A stretch of DNA of 64,000 bases from contig JAJTXV010000002.1 of assembly GCA_021463845.1 (NCBI GenBank), positions 40,962-104,961 of the forward strand. The letters run 5' to 3'. Positions 27,107-39,740 of the stretch are shown in pieces (position 1 is the first letter of the stretch; the number at the start of each line of letters is the position of its first letter). Below the pieces are notes generated by a model, which made no database searches, had not been told where the DNA came from, and saw only the letters and a list, made by a program, of their open reading frames with translations. The position numbers were made by a program, and so were the translations under genes. The stretch is from Anaerolineales bacterium (GTDB taxonomy: Bacteria > Chloroflexota > Anaerolineae > Anaerolineales > UBA11579).

Positions 27107-28930
27107 CTACTTGGTGAGCAGGAAGCGCAAGGCGACCCGGCCGATATGCACAATGTCGCCGTCCTGCAAATGGCTACCCTCTGGGGAAACGGGCGCATAG
27201 TTGACCCAGGTGCCGGCATGCGAGCCCATATCCGCAATATGGAAATCGCCCATCTCATCCTGGGTGATACGTGAGTGCTGTTTATCGACTGAGGGTTCAG
27301 ACAATATCAACGTACAAGTAGGACCGGAGCCGATCGTCACCTCAGCCATGCTGAGCGGCAACACCTGGGCCGGCTTGGACGGGTCTTGCATCGCCAGCCG
27401 CTGCAGTGTGGCCGGGGCCACCGGCTCCTCATCCGGCTCGTCTTGCAAATGCGGTACCTCATCCATACCCAGCGGCGAGTCGTTGAGCGGGTCCACCACC
27501 GGGCGCGGCGCGGTGCGGCTGCGCCGGTCACGCGCAAAGATGCGATTGAGTCGCACCGGGTCCAGGCGGCCGGAGAGCACCATCACCAAAAAGAAGGCGC
27601 CCGCCGCGATCAGCACCACTGAAAAGGCCAGGGTCGAGCCCGCCCGTGAGAGCAGCGCCTGGAACCAGGTGGCAGGCGCCTGCACACTGATCTCAACTGG
27701 GAAGTCAATGCTTTCCCCGATCAAGCCCAGCTCATCCTGCACCTCGGCCCGCAGGAAGATCTGCTGGCTCTGGTTATACGGCTTGAGGTCCCAGGCGAAG
27801 TGTGTGAAGGGCGCGGTGGTGTTCTCCGCCACGATCTCATCGTTCACATAGAGGGTGCTGCGCACAACGTTGCGCTCAAACCCATCCGGGAACTCCACCA
27901 GCAGCTCGATCGGCTGGCTGAAGGGTGAAAGCAGCTGCGGGTCGATGGCGGCCGGGCCACGCGCGATCTGGGTGGGCGGGCTGACAAGGATCGGGTTGGG
28001 CGGCTGGATCTGTAGCGAGATGGTGAAGGGCTGCGAGGTCAGCCCGTCGCCCTGGGCCTGCATGACCAGCTCGTGCTCGCCGGTCCGGCGCAGCTGCGAG
28101 TAGTACTGAAAGAAATACGCGCTGCGCAGTGGCGAGAAGAATGGCTCGGGCGAACTGAGGGTTTCGCCAGCCGAGAATTGCAAACGCTGCCCGGCCGAAT
28201 TCTCAGCCATGCTGAGCAACAATTGCGAAGCTTCATTTTCAAACAGAGAGGGCGAATCCACCTGCCAGATGACCAACGGCACGCCCAGCTCATCCAACTG
28301 GGCCATAAAATCCGGGGCGGCGGTTTCAATATCGGCCAGGCGCGGGGTGGTGGTGACCCACCAGATGGCGGTGTTGGCGTCATCTGGCGCAGGCTGGGCC
28401 GCGATCGCCAGTGCATTCGCCAAAGCCTGCAGATCAGGATACAGCGTGCCCGGCGGCGCCTGCACTCCGTCCAAAGCGGTCTGCCACTCGCTCAGGATGC
28501 CATTGTTGACCAAGGTGCCCTCGGGCGTCACCAGCGTCAGCAGGGTATCGCTGGTGGAGGAAAGCGTGCTGGTCCAATCGCGAATAGCCTGCTTTACGTA
28601 ATCGACACGCTGCGTACCCTGCCCATCACGAATGCCAAAGGGCTCCGCCGGGGTGAATACCATGATCATGCGCAGGCCGATCTGCACATTGCGCAGTTGC
28701 TGGATCGGCTGGGCTACGCCGTCCTCCAGCATCTGCAGTTGCTCAGGAGTCAGGTCAGTGATGCGCGCTCCGCTGGCGTCTTGCGCGTCAAAATACCCTG
28801 TGATCGAGGGGAAGTCATTGGTCTGCACCGAGCGGAGTGTGATGCGCGCCCCGGTCTGCGCGGCGGTGTTATACGGTACCGCCGCCAACAAGAGGGTCAG
28901 CGCAAGTAGAAAACGCTTCACTGGCGGCAT
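27107..28930 (-). CDS. Single-pass membrane protein with a large extracytoplasmic domain and a C-terminal cytoplasmic FHA domain
   Basis: Signal peptide MPPVKRFLLALTLLLAAV, TM segment LAFSVVLIAAGAFFLVMVL, and an FHA-like C-terminus (VTIGSGPTCTLIL...HSRIT...HIADMGSHAGTWVN). ATG 28930 was preferred over TTG 28954. Confidence 0.7.
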   Translation of the reverse strand: MPPVKRFLLALTLLLAAVPYNTAAQTGARITLRSVQTNDFPSITGYFDAQDASGARITDLTPEQLQMLEDGVAQPIQQLRNVQIGLRMIMVFTPAEPFGIRDGQGTQRVDYVKQAIRDWTSTLSSTSDTLLTLVTPEGTLVNNGILSEWQTALDGVQAPPGTLYPDLQALANALAIAAQPAPDDANTAIWWVTTTPRLADIETAAPDFMAQLDELGVPLVIWQVDSPSLFENEASQLLLSMAENSAGQRLQFSAGETLSSPEPFFSPLRSAYFFQYYSQLRRTGEHELVMQAQGDGLTSQPFTISLQIQPPNPILVSPPTQIARGPAAIDPQLLSPFSQPIELLVEFPDGFERNVVRSTLYVNDEIVAENTTAPFTHFAWDLKPYNQSQQIFLRAEVQDELGLIGESIDFPVEISVQAPATWFQALLSRAGSTLAFSVVLIAAGAFFLVMVLSGRLDPVRLNRIFARDRRSRTAPRPVVDPLNDSPLGMDEVPHLQDEPDEEPVAPATLQRLAMQDPSKPAQVLPLSMAEVTIGSGPTCTLILSEPSVDKQHSRITQDEMGDFHIADMGSHAGTWVNYAPVSPEGSHLQDGDIVHIGRVALRFLLTK

Positions 28931-29010
28931 TCTAACCTGTGCTGCAGGCTGCAATGTGTGTGCGCGATTAAGGCAGCCGCATACACGCTGGCGGCTACAA
29001 TCTGGTCAGT

Positions 29011-30897
29011 ATGGCGTCTCGCAGCCCAGTAACGCTAGTTAAAGCCCTTTGGCAGCTTGGCCCGCGCACGTTGGCGCAGTACGGGCTGTATGCGTTGCAG
29101 CTGCGCAGCGGCTGGCTTCGCACCCAGACGCCAGCGGGCGGCGCGGTCCAGCCCTCAGGCCCGATAGTACGCCTGATGCAGCCGGCCAACCCGGCTGCCC
29201 TGCGCAAACGGCTTGGCCCGCAAGCCAAAGCCGTATTCGCCGAAGCCGATGAAGTGCTGCGCGGCCGCGTGCGTTTGTTTGGCGGGTCAGCGCGGCCGCT
29301 AAAGCTGAAACCTGGCGGTACCCTCAAACACTGGACCGCCTACACCCGCGCCCTGCCGGATGGCAGCGACATCAAGCCGGTATGGGAAGTGGGCCGCCTC
29401 GCCTGGGCGACGCTGTTGGCGCGCGCCTACTGGCTCAGCGGCCAGGAACGCTATGCGGAAGGGTTTTGGCGGCGCGTGGAGCAATTCCTGGCCAGCAACC
29501 CGCCCAATATGGGACCTCACTGGTCCTCTGCGCAGGAGGTAGCCCTGCGCCTGATCGCGCTCAGCTTCAGCTACAGCCTAGTGGCTGAAGCAAAAGCCAG
29601 CACGCCCCAACGCCTAGAGCGGCTGAGCCAGGCTTTGGCCACCCACGCTGACCGCATCCCGCCCAGCCTGAGCTATGCCCAGGCCCAGAACAACAACCAC
29701 CTGCTCAGCGAAGCGCTCGGTCTATGGACCGCGGGTCTGGCGCTGCCGCAGCACCCCAAAGCCAACGCCTGGCGCGCCTCGGGTCGCAAACATTTTACAG
29801 AAGGCATCCGCCGCCAGGTAGCTGCCGACGGGGTCTACAGCCAGCACAGCGCCAACTACCAGCGCCTGATGCTGCAACTGGCCGCCTGGGCCACCCAGCT
29901 GGCCGCCGCCGAAGGCCAACCGCTGCCCAGCCGCACGCGTGAACTGCTGCGCGCCGCCTGCACCTGGCTGTTTGGCCTGCTGGACACTGAAAGCGGGCAA
30001 GTTGCCAACCTGGGGCCGAATGACGGCGCGTACATACTGCCGCTCAGCGTGCTGCCGTTCAGCGATCACCGCCCTGCCCTGCAAGCCGCGGCTGCCGCCC
30101 TGGGTCTGCCCGGCCTTAAGCCGGGTCTGTGGGATGAGATATGCATGTGGCTTGGGCTGGATGGCAAGCGGCTACCCACCCGCGCCAGCAAGAAGGCTGC
30201 TTCACCCTTGCGGATCGAAGCTGGAGATGGCTGGGCTTACTTGCGCGCCGCCCAGTTCAACGGGCGGCCCGGCCATGCCGACCAGTTGCATCTTGATCTG
30301 TGGTACCGCGGCCTCAATATTGCGCAGGATGCTGGCACATTTCTATACAATGCGCCTGCGCCGTGGGACAACGCGCTGGCCGGCACCGCCGTACACAACA
30401 CCCTGATGCTGGATAGCGCAGATCAAATGACACGCGCTGGGCGTTTCCTCTGGCTGGACTTTGCGCAGGCCACCGTCCTTGAACACAGCCCGCGCCGCGC
30501 AATGGCAGAACACAACGGCTACCGCAGCCGCGGCCTGACCCACCGCCGCAGCGTGCAAGCGAGCCCGCAGGAATGGCTGGTGTTGGATGAGGTGCTAGGC
30601 AATGTATGCGGCCACCGCGGGCGGCTGCATTGGCTGCTGCCGGATTGGCCCTGGCGCATATCAGGCGACACGTTGCACCTGCGCTCACCCAAGGGCCGCA
30701 TCAGCATTCAGGTGGAGGGTCACGCCCTCAGCCTGCTGCGGGCCGGCAAACGGCTGCACGGCCGCGCCGCGGCCAGCCCCACCGCGGGCTGGGTCTCGCA
30801 TACCTATGCCAGCAAGCAACCTGCAGTAGCATTGGTGGTTGAACTGGAAGGCGATGAATTGCAAGCCATCACCACCAGGTTCGTATTTCCCAAATGA
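29011..30897 (+). CDS. Heparinase II/III-family (alginate-lyase-like) protein
   Basis: NNHLLSEALGL...SANYQRL and the C-terminal block HADQLHLDLWYRG...HNTLMLD are typical of heparinase II/III-like proteins in polysaccharide loci. Confidence 0.7.
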   Translation: MASRSPVTLVKALWQLGPRTLAQYGLYALQLRSGWLRTQTPAGGAVQPSGPIVRLMQPANPAALRKRLGPQAKAVFAEADEVLRGRVRLFGGSARPLKLKPGGTLKHWTAYTRALPDGSDIKPVWEVGRLAWATLLARAYWLSGQERYAEGFWRRVEQFLASNPPNMGPHWSSAQEVALRLIALSFSYSLVAEAKASTPQRLERLSQALATHADRIPPSLSYAQAQNNNHLLSEALGLWTAGLALPQHPKANAWRASGRKHFTEGIRRQVAADGVYSQHSANYQRLMLQLAAWATQLAAAEGQPLPSRTRELLRAACTWLFGLLDTESGQVANLGPNDGAYILPLSVLPFSDHRPALQAAAAALGLPGLKPGLWDEICMWLGLDGKRLPTRASKKAASPLRIEAGDGWAYLRAAQFNGRPGHADQLHLDLWYRGLNIAQDAGTFLYNAPAPWDNALAGTAVHNTLMLDSADQMTRAGRFLWLDFAQATVLEHSPRRAMAEHNGYRSRGLTHRRSVQASPQEWLVLDEVLGNVCGHRGRLHWLLPDWPWRISGDTLHLRSPKGRISIQVEGHALSLLRAGKRLHGRAAASPTAGWVSHTYASKQPAVALVVELEGDELQAITTRFVFPK

Positions 30898-32132
30898 GCA
30901 GCCGTTCACTTCACATTCTGCTGGTGCACCAGGCCTTTGTGGCGCTGGACGAGGCTGGCGGCACGCGCCACTATGAGTTTGCGCGCTATCTTGCCCAGCA
31001 CGGCCATCGCGTCACGGTCATCGCCAGCCAGACCAGCTATCTGACTGGCACAGACGCCAACAAGGGCATCGAAACCACCACCTTCGAGGGCGGCGGCAGC
31101 CTGAGCATCCTGCGCGTGCGCACCCTGTCTGGCCTGCACCGCAGTTTTGTGCGGCGCCTGTTGAATTTCTTCAGCTTCACGTGGAACGCCTTCTGGGCCG
31201 GTCTACGCGTCAAGGCTGTGGATGTAGTCTGGGGCACCACCCCGCCTATCTTCCAGGCCGCCAGCGCCTGGGCGCTCGCGCGTCTCAAGCGCGCCTCGTT
31301 CGTGCTGGAAGTGCGTGACCTGTGGCCCGCCTTTGCGGTCGCCGTGGGTGTGCTGCAAAACCCACTCCTCATCGCGGCCTCCGAATGGTTGGAACGTTTT
31401 CTGTATCGCGGCGCTCACACCGTGCTGATCAACTCGCCCGGCTTCATGGCCCATGTGCAGGCGCGTGGCGCTCGCCTGGTGCGCCTGGTGCCCAACGGCG
31501 CCGATGCGGCCATGTTCGATCCGCAGGCAGACGGCGCCGCTTTCCGCGCCCAACACGGCCTTCAGGGCAAGTTCATTGCCCTCTACGCTGGGGCGCATGG
31601 CCTCTCGAACGATTTGGGCATTCTGCTGCAGGCCGCCGAGCAACTGCGTGCTCACCCTGATATTCAAATCGTACTGGTGGGCGACGGCAAAGACAAGCCC
31701 GGGCTGCAAGCTCAGGCTGCCGCCAAGCAGCTCAGCAATGTGCATTTCATCGCCCCGCTGGCCAAAGAAGCCATGGCCAGCGCCCTGGCCGCCGCGGATG
31801 TGTGCATTGCCATTCTAAAACCGCTTCCGCTCTACGCCACGGTCTACCCCAACAAAGTCTTCGACTACCTGGCCGCCGGCCGCGCCGTGGCGCTGGCGAT
31901 CGATGGCGTGATCCGCCAGGTGGTGGCGGACGCCAATGCCGGCGTCTTCGTGCCTCCGGGCGACCCGCAAGCCATGGCGGATGCCTTGCTACATCTCTCC
32001 ACCCAACCGGAGCAGGTGCGCGCCATGGGCGCAGCTGGTCGCGCCTTCCTGCAGGCGCACTTCAACCGGCCGCAGTTGGCCGCCCAGCTGGAAGCTGTGC
32101 TGCTGGAGACTGCCGGCAAACAGGCGCAGTAA
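30894..32132 (+). CDS. Glycosyltransferase family 4 (GT-B fold)
   Basis: N-terminal ILLVHQAF...GGTRHYE (WbuB-like) and a C-terminal E-x7-E-type region. It has an ATGA overlap with the upstream gene. Confidence 0.8.
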   Translation: MSSRSLHILLVHQAFVALDEAGGTRHYEFARYLAQHGHRVTVIASQTSYLTGTDANKGIETTTFEGGGSLSILRVRTLSGLHRSFVRRLLNFFSFTWNAFWAGLRVKAVDVVWGTTPPIFQAASAWALARLKRASFVLEVRDLWPAFAVAVGVLQNPLLIAASEWLERFLYRGAHTVLINSPGFMAHVQARGARLVRLVPNGADAAMFDPQADGAAFRAQHGLQGKFIALYAGAHGLSNDLGILLQAAEQLRAHPDIQIVLVGDGKDKPGLQAQAAAKQLSNVHFIAPLAKEAMASALAAADVCIAILKPLPLYATVYPNKVFDYLAAGRAVALAIDGVIRQVVADANAGVFVPPGDPQAMADALLHLSTQPEQVRAMGAAGRAFLQAHFNRPQLAAQLEAVLLETAGKQAQ

Positions 32133-32148
32133 AATTCCGCAAAAGCCG

Positions 32149-33078
32149 ATGGCTAAGAAAAGCAAGACCCTCAACCTGGAAGAAGGCGAACTGCGCCGCA
32201 TGCTGCTCGACTGGCGCGCCGCCGACCGCAAGCGCCGCGTCGACGCCTTCAGCCAATCGGGCGAACTGCTGCCACTGGACGCCGAGGACACCGAAGGCGT
32301 CGAGGTGGAGCCGCTGGCGAGTACCCGCATCCACGCCGACCCTGACCTGCGGCTGGCCCAGCCCAAGAACAAGCGCGCCCGCGTCTGGGTTGAGCGCGCC
32401 CTGCTGGCGGTCGAACTGCTGGCGGTGGTGGGGTTAGGTTTCGTCTTCATCAATGGCTTGGACTTGCTGAGCCAGCTCAACGACGAGATCAGCAGCAACT
32501 TCGCCGGCGGCACCGCCAGCCCGGCCCCGCTGCTGGGGCCGGTCGTATTGCCCTCTGGGCACACCGCCCCCGGCGCCAACAACCCGGCTGCCCCCAACGA
32601 AGCCGAGATCCCTGACCATCTGCGTCCGCTGGTGCAGGCCTACTCCGCCGCGCTGGTGCTGCCCACCCCAGGGCCGGAGCAGGCCATGTCGATCAGCATC
32701 CCCACCATCGGCGTCAACGCGCCGGTGGTGCAGGGCGACGACTGGGAAGCGCTGAAACGCGGCGTCGGCCAGCACATTGGCAGCGCCAACCCCGGCCAGA
32801 ACGGCAACCTGGTGCTGAGCGGGCACAACGACATTTACGGTGAAGTCTTCCGCCAGCTTGACCAGCTGCAGCCCGGCGACGAGATCGTGGTGCATACCGC
32901 CCAGAATTCGTACACCTACACGGTGACGGACCAACTCTTCGTGGCGCCTACCTTTGTGCAAGTCATGTTCCCTACGCCGGATGCAACTCTGACGCTGATC
33001 AGCTGTTACCCCTACCGTATCAACACCCAGCGCATCATCATCCAGGCTGAGCTGACCCGCATTTCTGACGCGGGCTAA
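32149..33078 (+). CDS. Sortase-family transpeptidase (membrane anchored)
   Basis: TM helix, then LVLSGHND (catalytic His), TLISCYP (catalytic Cys, TLxTC-like) and a late Arg (RIIIQAEL). ATG 32149 was chosen. Confidence 0.8.
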   Translation: MAKKSKTLNLEEGELRRMLLDWRAADRKRRVDAFSQSGELLPLDAEDTEGVEVEPLASTRIHADPDLRLAQPKNKRARVWVERALLAVELLAVVGLGFVFINGLDLLSQLNDEISSNFAGGTASPAPLLGPVVLPSGHTAPGANNPAAPNEAEIPDHLRPLVQAYSAALVLPTPGPEQAMSISIPTIGVNAPVVQGDDWEALKRGVGQHIGSANPGQNGNLVLSGHNDIYGEVFRQLDQLQPGDEIVVHTAQNSYTYTVTDQLFVAPTFVQVMFPTPDATLTLISCYPYRINTQRIIIQAELTRISDAG

Positions 33079-33108
33079 TCCGCATACCAATCCCATTACG
33101 GAGACGCA

Positions 33109-34362
33109 TTGCCAAAGCTCAACGCCGCCCTGATCTACCGTCTCATTTATGTTGTCTTCGGTTTCAGCACCATGGTGATGTACACCACCTACGTGGTCTA
33201 CCGCGTGGAGGTGGCCGGGCTGGACGCCTTGCAGCTGGTGCTGCTGGGCACTGCGCTGGAGGTCAGCATCTTCTTGTTCGAAGTGCCGACGGGCGTCGTA
33301 GCGGATATATACAGCCGACGCCTCTCCATCATCATCGGCGTGTTCCTTTTTGGCATTGGTCACGCCATCGAAGGGCTGGTGCCCATCTTCAGCGTGATCC
33401 TGCTCTCGCAGGTGGTGTGGGGCTTCGGGCACACCTTCATCAGCGGCGCGCTGGATGCGTGGATCACGGATGAGGTCGGCACCAGGCGCGTCGGCCCCAT
33501 CATCATCTCCGGCAACCAGCTGGAGATCCTCGGCAGCTTGGTCGGGATCCCTGTCGGCGTATGGAGCGCGGAATACCTTGGCCTCTCGTTCCCGTATTTT
33601 GTGGGCGGCGGTGTGCTGGTGGCGCTTGGCATCTTCCTGATCTTTGTCATGCCGGAGCACGGGTTCAAGCCCGTGCCCGTCAAGGAACGCCAGGGTTGGC
33701 GCACCATGTTCAAAACCTTCAATGCCGGCTTAAAGACCGCCCGGCGCAGTGCGGCCCTGATGGTCTTCGCCGTAGCTGCGTTGTTCGTTGGCCTGTACAG
33801 CGAAGCCTGGGACCGTCTAGCGCAGCCCTACCTCCTGCAGGTCTTCAGCTTCCCGGCCCTGGGCACGCTACAACTTAGCAACGTCCAGTGGTTCGGCGTG
33901 CTCAACGTCATCTTCCTCCTGGTTGGCCTTTTGGCCAACCAGATCGCCAAGCGCGCCGTGGATACCACCCGCGGCCCGGCAGTGGCCCGCGGCCTGCAGC
34001 TGCTGTACGCCGGCATGGTGCTCGCCATGCTATTGTTCTCACTGACCGGCAGCTTTGCCGTGGCGCTGCTGGCCATGGTGGCCTTCAACGGCCTGCGGCG
34101 GGTCACCTTCCCGCTCACGCGCACCTGGATCAACCAGCAGATCCCCACCAAGTCGCGCGCGACCGTGCTCTCTATGGCCGGCCAGATCGACGCCCTGGGC
34201 GAGCTGGGCGGCGGGCCGATCCTCGGCACGGTCGGCCGCATGTACTCCATGCGGGCCGCCTTGGTCACCTCGGCCCTTGTGCTCACACCAGTGGTGGCGC
34301 TCTTCCAACGCATCATTGCCATGACCCACTCGCCTGCAATAAAAAAGAAGAGCCGCGTTTAG
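33109..34362 (+). CDS. MFS transporter
   Basis: 417 aa with about 12 predicted helices. TTG start with a GGAG RBS. Confidence 0.75.
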   Translation: MPKLNAALIYRLIYVVFGFSTMVMYTTYVVYRVEVAGLDALQLVLLGTALEVSIFLFEVPTGVVADIYSRRLSIIIGVFLFGIGHAIEGLVPIFSVILLSQVVWGFGHTFISGALDAWITDEVGTRRVGPIIISGNQLEILGSLVGIPVGVWSAEYLGLSFPYFVGGGVLVALGIFLIFVMPEHGFKPVPVKERQGWRTMFKTFNAGLKTARRSAALMVFAVAALFVGLYSEAWDRLAQPYLLQVFSFPALGTLQLSNVQWFGVLNVIFLLVGLLANQIAKRAVDTTRGPAVARGLQLLYAGMVLAMLLFSLTGSFAVALLAMVAFNGLRRVTFPLTRTWINQQIPTKSRATVLSMAGQIDALGELGGGPILGTVGRMYSMRAALVTSALVLTPVVALFQRIIAMTHSPAIKKKSRV

Positions 34363-34379
34363 CGGCTCTTCTTTCTTTA
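34341..34379. terminator. Bidirectional terminator hairpin containing the MFS stop codon
   Basis: AAGAAGAGCCGC-GTTTA-GCGGCTCTTCTT, flanked by A- and T-rich runs. It lies between convergent genes. Confidence 0.7.
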
Positions 34380-34396
34380 CTTGGCTTTCGTGCTGG

Positions 34397-36598
34397 CTAG
34401 GGTGTATACCAGCGGGCTCGCCAGTCGCCAGAGCCGGCTTCCGGCTCAAAGAAATCAGCGTTGATGTGCACCATGTGCATGAACAGCTGGCCAGGCTTCA
34501 GCGGGAACGGCGTGCCATCCGCGTACTCAAAGCGGATCGGGCGCGTGCGCCCGGTTTCCCTCTCGTAGTCCCCGTTCAAGGTAGACCAGTTGAGATCGCA
34601 CACAAGGCCATCGCGCAGCAGCTTGGCGCGGCCCGTGCGGCTTTCCATGTGAACGTCGATGATCGTACCCGCCGCGTTGAGCTCTTCATGTTCCACAAAG
34701 AACACGATCACATTCTCAAAAGCCTGCGGTTCGCCGGTCAGGGCCTCGGTGCTGACTTCCTGCACATCCGGCGCCAGGTAGGTGTTCTGGTGGCGGATGT
34801 AGGCGCCACTGGCCTCATCGTAGCTCCAGTAGGTCTGGTTGTTGATGTTGTAGAACATGGTCAGCGAGTTGGCCGGCACGCAGCCATCCGGCGGGTTGGC
34901 GTCGAACAGGTTGCCGGTCAGGTTGGGCGGGCCGTAGATGCTGATGTTGTTGGCCGCAACTTCCTGCAGCTTGGTGACGTCAATGCCCGCCGCGCCGATG
35001 TCGTTGGCATCGTTGTTGGCGGCCTGAGCGCACACCTGGATCTGCGCCAGCACGGTGGGGTCCGCGCCGGCGATGACCGTGCACCCCTCGAAGTACCCGC
35101 GCATGACCTCATACACCAGGCGGCCGGAGCGCACGCCCTCGATGATGATGGAGTGGCGCAAGCCGGCGTCAATATCCAGCTTCTCGTTGGCACCTTGAGG
35201 CAGGGTGAAGCCATCCGTCAAGCCAGTCGAGGGGTTGGGGTCGCTGTCCACATCATCAGCTGCCAGGTTGGCGCTGACGAAGTAGAAGGTTTGCAAATGA
35301 GTTGGAATCGTGAAGCGCACCTGATAGGTAAAGCCTTGCTGCGGCTCCACGACGAAGTAGTAGCGGCCGGCGCTGTCGGTGATCGTACTGGCCACCACCT
35401 GGCTGCTCAGGATCAGATCCACGCCGATGCCCGGCACGCCCGGCTCGCCCGCGTCCTGCTGGGCATTGCCGTTGAGGTCATACCAGGCCACATCGCCGAT
35501 GAGGAATTCGCCCTCAGCCAGCTCCGGCTGGCCCTCGCCAGCCTGGTCACCCAAAACCGAGTCGAGGTCAATTTCCGGGTAGCAGCCGTAGAACTGGGCG
35601 TACAGACGCGTGTCGCCGTCACCGATCCACCATTCGCTCACCCAGGCCGCCCACTGCAGGCCCGTGGCCGGCCGGGTGGCTGCCGGCGGGAATTGCGAGA
35701 TCGAGATGCCCACCACGCCCCAGTCCACTGCGGCCGGCTCGCACAGCGGCTGGCCGGTCAGCGGGTTGTAGCCCGTCGGGAACTCATCGGGCCCCATGCT
35801 GGTGGGCGCAGCCAGCACAAAGCCAGCGTCGTATACCGCGCCATCTTCGGTCAGCGTGAAGCTCTCCGTCTGGCCGCTGTTGGCGTCCGCATCGCTGTCA
35901 ACAGCGTCGTCACCCGCATCCACGGCAGTGAACTGATAGTCCAACGAAGGAATGAAGGCCAGCGCGTACTCCGCGTCAATGGCCTGCTCGTCAAACGCAT
36001 ACTGCCCATCGGCGCCGGTGCTGACCTCGGCCAGCGGGTCGCCGTTGGCGTCCAGCAGGCGCACGGCTACATCCGCCAAGGCGGATTCGCCGTCGCCGCG
36101 CAGGCCGTCAGCATCCGCATCCAGCCAGGTCTGGCCGCTGATGCTGGCCGTGGCCTCGCTTTCATCGGCTGCAGGAGCGGGCTCGGCGGTTTCTAGCAGT
36201 ACCAGGCCAGCATCGATGGTCTCGTCCACTGAGGACAGGCTCAGCGTGCCAGTGCGCCCAGTATCCGGGTCGGCGTCGCTGTCCAGGGCAGGGTCATCTC
36301 CCTGCAGCGGCTGCGTAAAGGCATAGCCGGCCGGCAGCTCAAAGACCACGTAGAAATCACCGCCTGAAGACTGCTGCGACAGCGAATAGCTGCCGTCGGC
36401 TGCGCTGACTGCGCTGGCCTGCTCCTCGCCACTGGCAGAGTACAGGGTCACGGTGACGCCGGCAACGCCGGGCTCACCAGCATCCTGGACGCCGTTGCCG
36501 TTCTCGTCCAGCCAAACCAGGTTACCGGCGCCCACACAGCCGGCCAAAACAAGTGAAAGAAGTGCAATTACCAGGAATTGCAATCGTGTACTTTTCAT
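34397..36598 (-). CDS. Secreted lipoprotein: N-terminal SdrD B-like (Cna-B type) repeats fused to a DUF3048 (YerB-like) domain
   Basis: Lipobox LVLAGC. It has repeated W(L/Y)D.NGNG.QD.GEPGV.G..V.L modules. DUF3048-like blocks are NPLTGQP...RPATGLQWA and GVRSGRL. ATG 36598 was chosen. Confidence 0.75.
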   Translation of the reverse strand: MKSTRLQFLVIALLSLVLAGCVGAGNLVWLDENGNGVQDAGEPGVAGVTVTLYSASGEEQASAVSAADGSYSLSQQSSGGDFYVVFELPAGYAFTQPLQGDDPALDSDADPDTGRTGTLSLSSVDETIDAGLVLLETAEPAPAADESEATASISGQTWLDADADGLRGDGESALADVAVRLLDANGDPLAEVSTGADGQYAFDEQAIDAEYALAFIPSLDYQFTAVDAGDDAVDSDADANSGQTESFTLTEDGAVYDAGFVLAAPTSMGPDEFPTGYNPLTGQPLCEPAAVDWGVVGISISQFPPAATRPATGLQWAAWVSEWWIGDGDTRLYAQFYGCYPEIDLDSVLGDQAGEGQPELAEGEFLIGDVAWYDLNGNAQQDAGEPGVPGIGVDLILSSQVVASTITDSAGRYYFVVEPQQGFTYQVRFTIPTHLQTFYFVSANLAADDVDSDPNPSTGLTDGFTLPQGANEKLDIDAGLRHSIIIEGVRSGRLVYEVMRGYFEGCTVIAGADPTVLAQIQVCAQAANNDANDIGAAGIDVTKLQEVAANNISIYGPPNLTGNLFDANPPDGCVPANSLTMFYNINNQTYWSYDEASGAYIRHQNTYLAPDVQEVSTEALTGEPQAFENVIVFFVEHEELNAAGTIIDVHMESRTGRAKLLRDGLVCDLNWSTLNGDYERETGRTRPIRFEYADGTPFPLKPGQLFMHMVHINADFFEPEAGSGDWRARWYTP

Positions 36599-36708
36599 AA
36601 AAAGCCTCCTGCTTCGCAAAAATTGTATACGCAAACGCCCTTCAATCAAAATGAGTGGCGAAAAATGCCAAGCCTGACCAGGGCGGTATAATGACTGCGG
36701 AGCAATAA

Positions 36709-39414
<2,706 letters not shown>

Positions 39415-39423
39415 ACACACATT

Positions 39424-39475
39424 GTCATTGCGAGGATGTGAAGCGGCGCAGCCGCTGAACAACAAAGCAATCTGT
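39424..39475 (+). repeat. 52-nt intergenic repeat, copy A (TGTCATTGCGAGG...GAAGCAATCTG class)
   Basis: Direct repeat of 39689-39740, with 45 of 52 identities by my alignment. It contains an internal hairpin AGCGGC-GCA-GCCGCT. Confidence 0.8.
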
Positions 39476-39485
39476 CTGATATTCA

Positions 39486-39517
39486 AAAAGCCCGCCAAAT
39501 GGCGGGCTTTTTTTTAA
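39486..39517 (+). terminator. Rho-independent terminator of acnA
   Basis: AAAAAGCCCGCC-AAAT-GGCGGGCTTTTTTTT. Confidence 0.8.
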
Positions 39518-39688
39518 TTCACTGTGCACCCCGAGCGTAGCGAGGGATCCTCGTTGGCGCATGGATAAAACCAGCCAAACATAGAAGACATGCCAGCAAG
39601 GATCCTCACGCTGGTCTGGGACGGCGGTCTGGTGCAGGTAGTACCCGCTCAGGATGACACCGGTGGTGCGGCCGGTTAGGCACTTTCT

Positions 39689-39740
39689 GTCATTGCGAGG
39701 ACATGAGGCGGCGAAGCCACTGAACGACGAAGCAATCTGC
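39689..39740 (+). repeat. 52-nt intergenic repeat, copy B
   Basis: See copy A. It has the same orientation and lies 265 nt downstream. Confidence 0.8.

Noticed and set aside
32434-33660. 408-aa minus-strand ORF
   Set aside because: It is antisense to the sortase and MFS genes. It is rich in His, Asp, Arg and Gly and has no domain signature.
34466-36196. 576-aa plus-strand ORF
   Set aside because: It is entirely antisense to the SdrD/DUF3048 lipoprotein gene, which has recognisable domains. Its Arg/Gly/His/Val-rich composition is typical of antisense frames in high-GC DNA, and it has no RBS.
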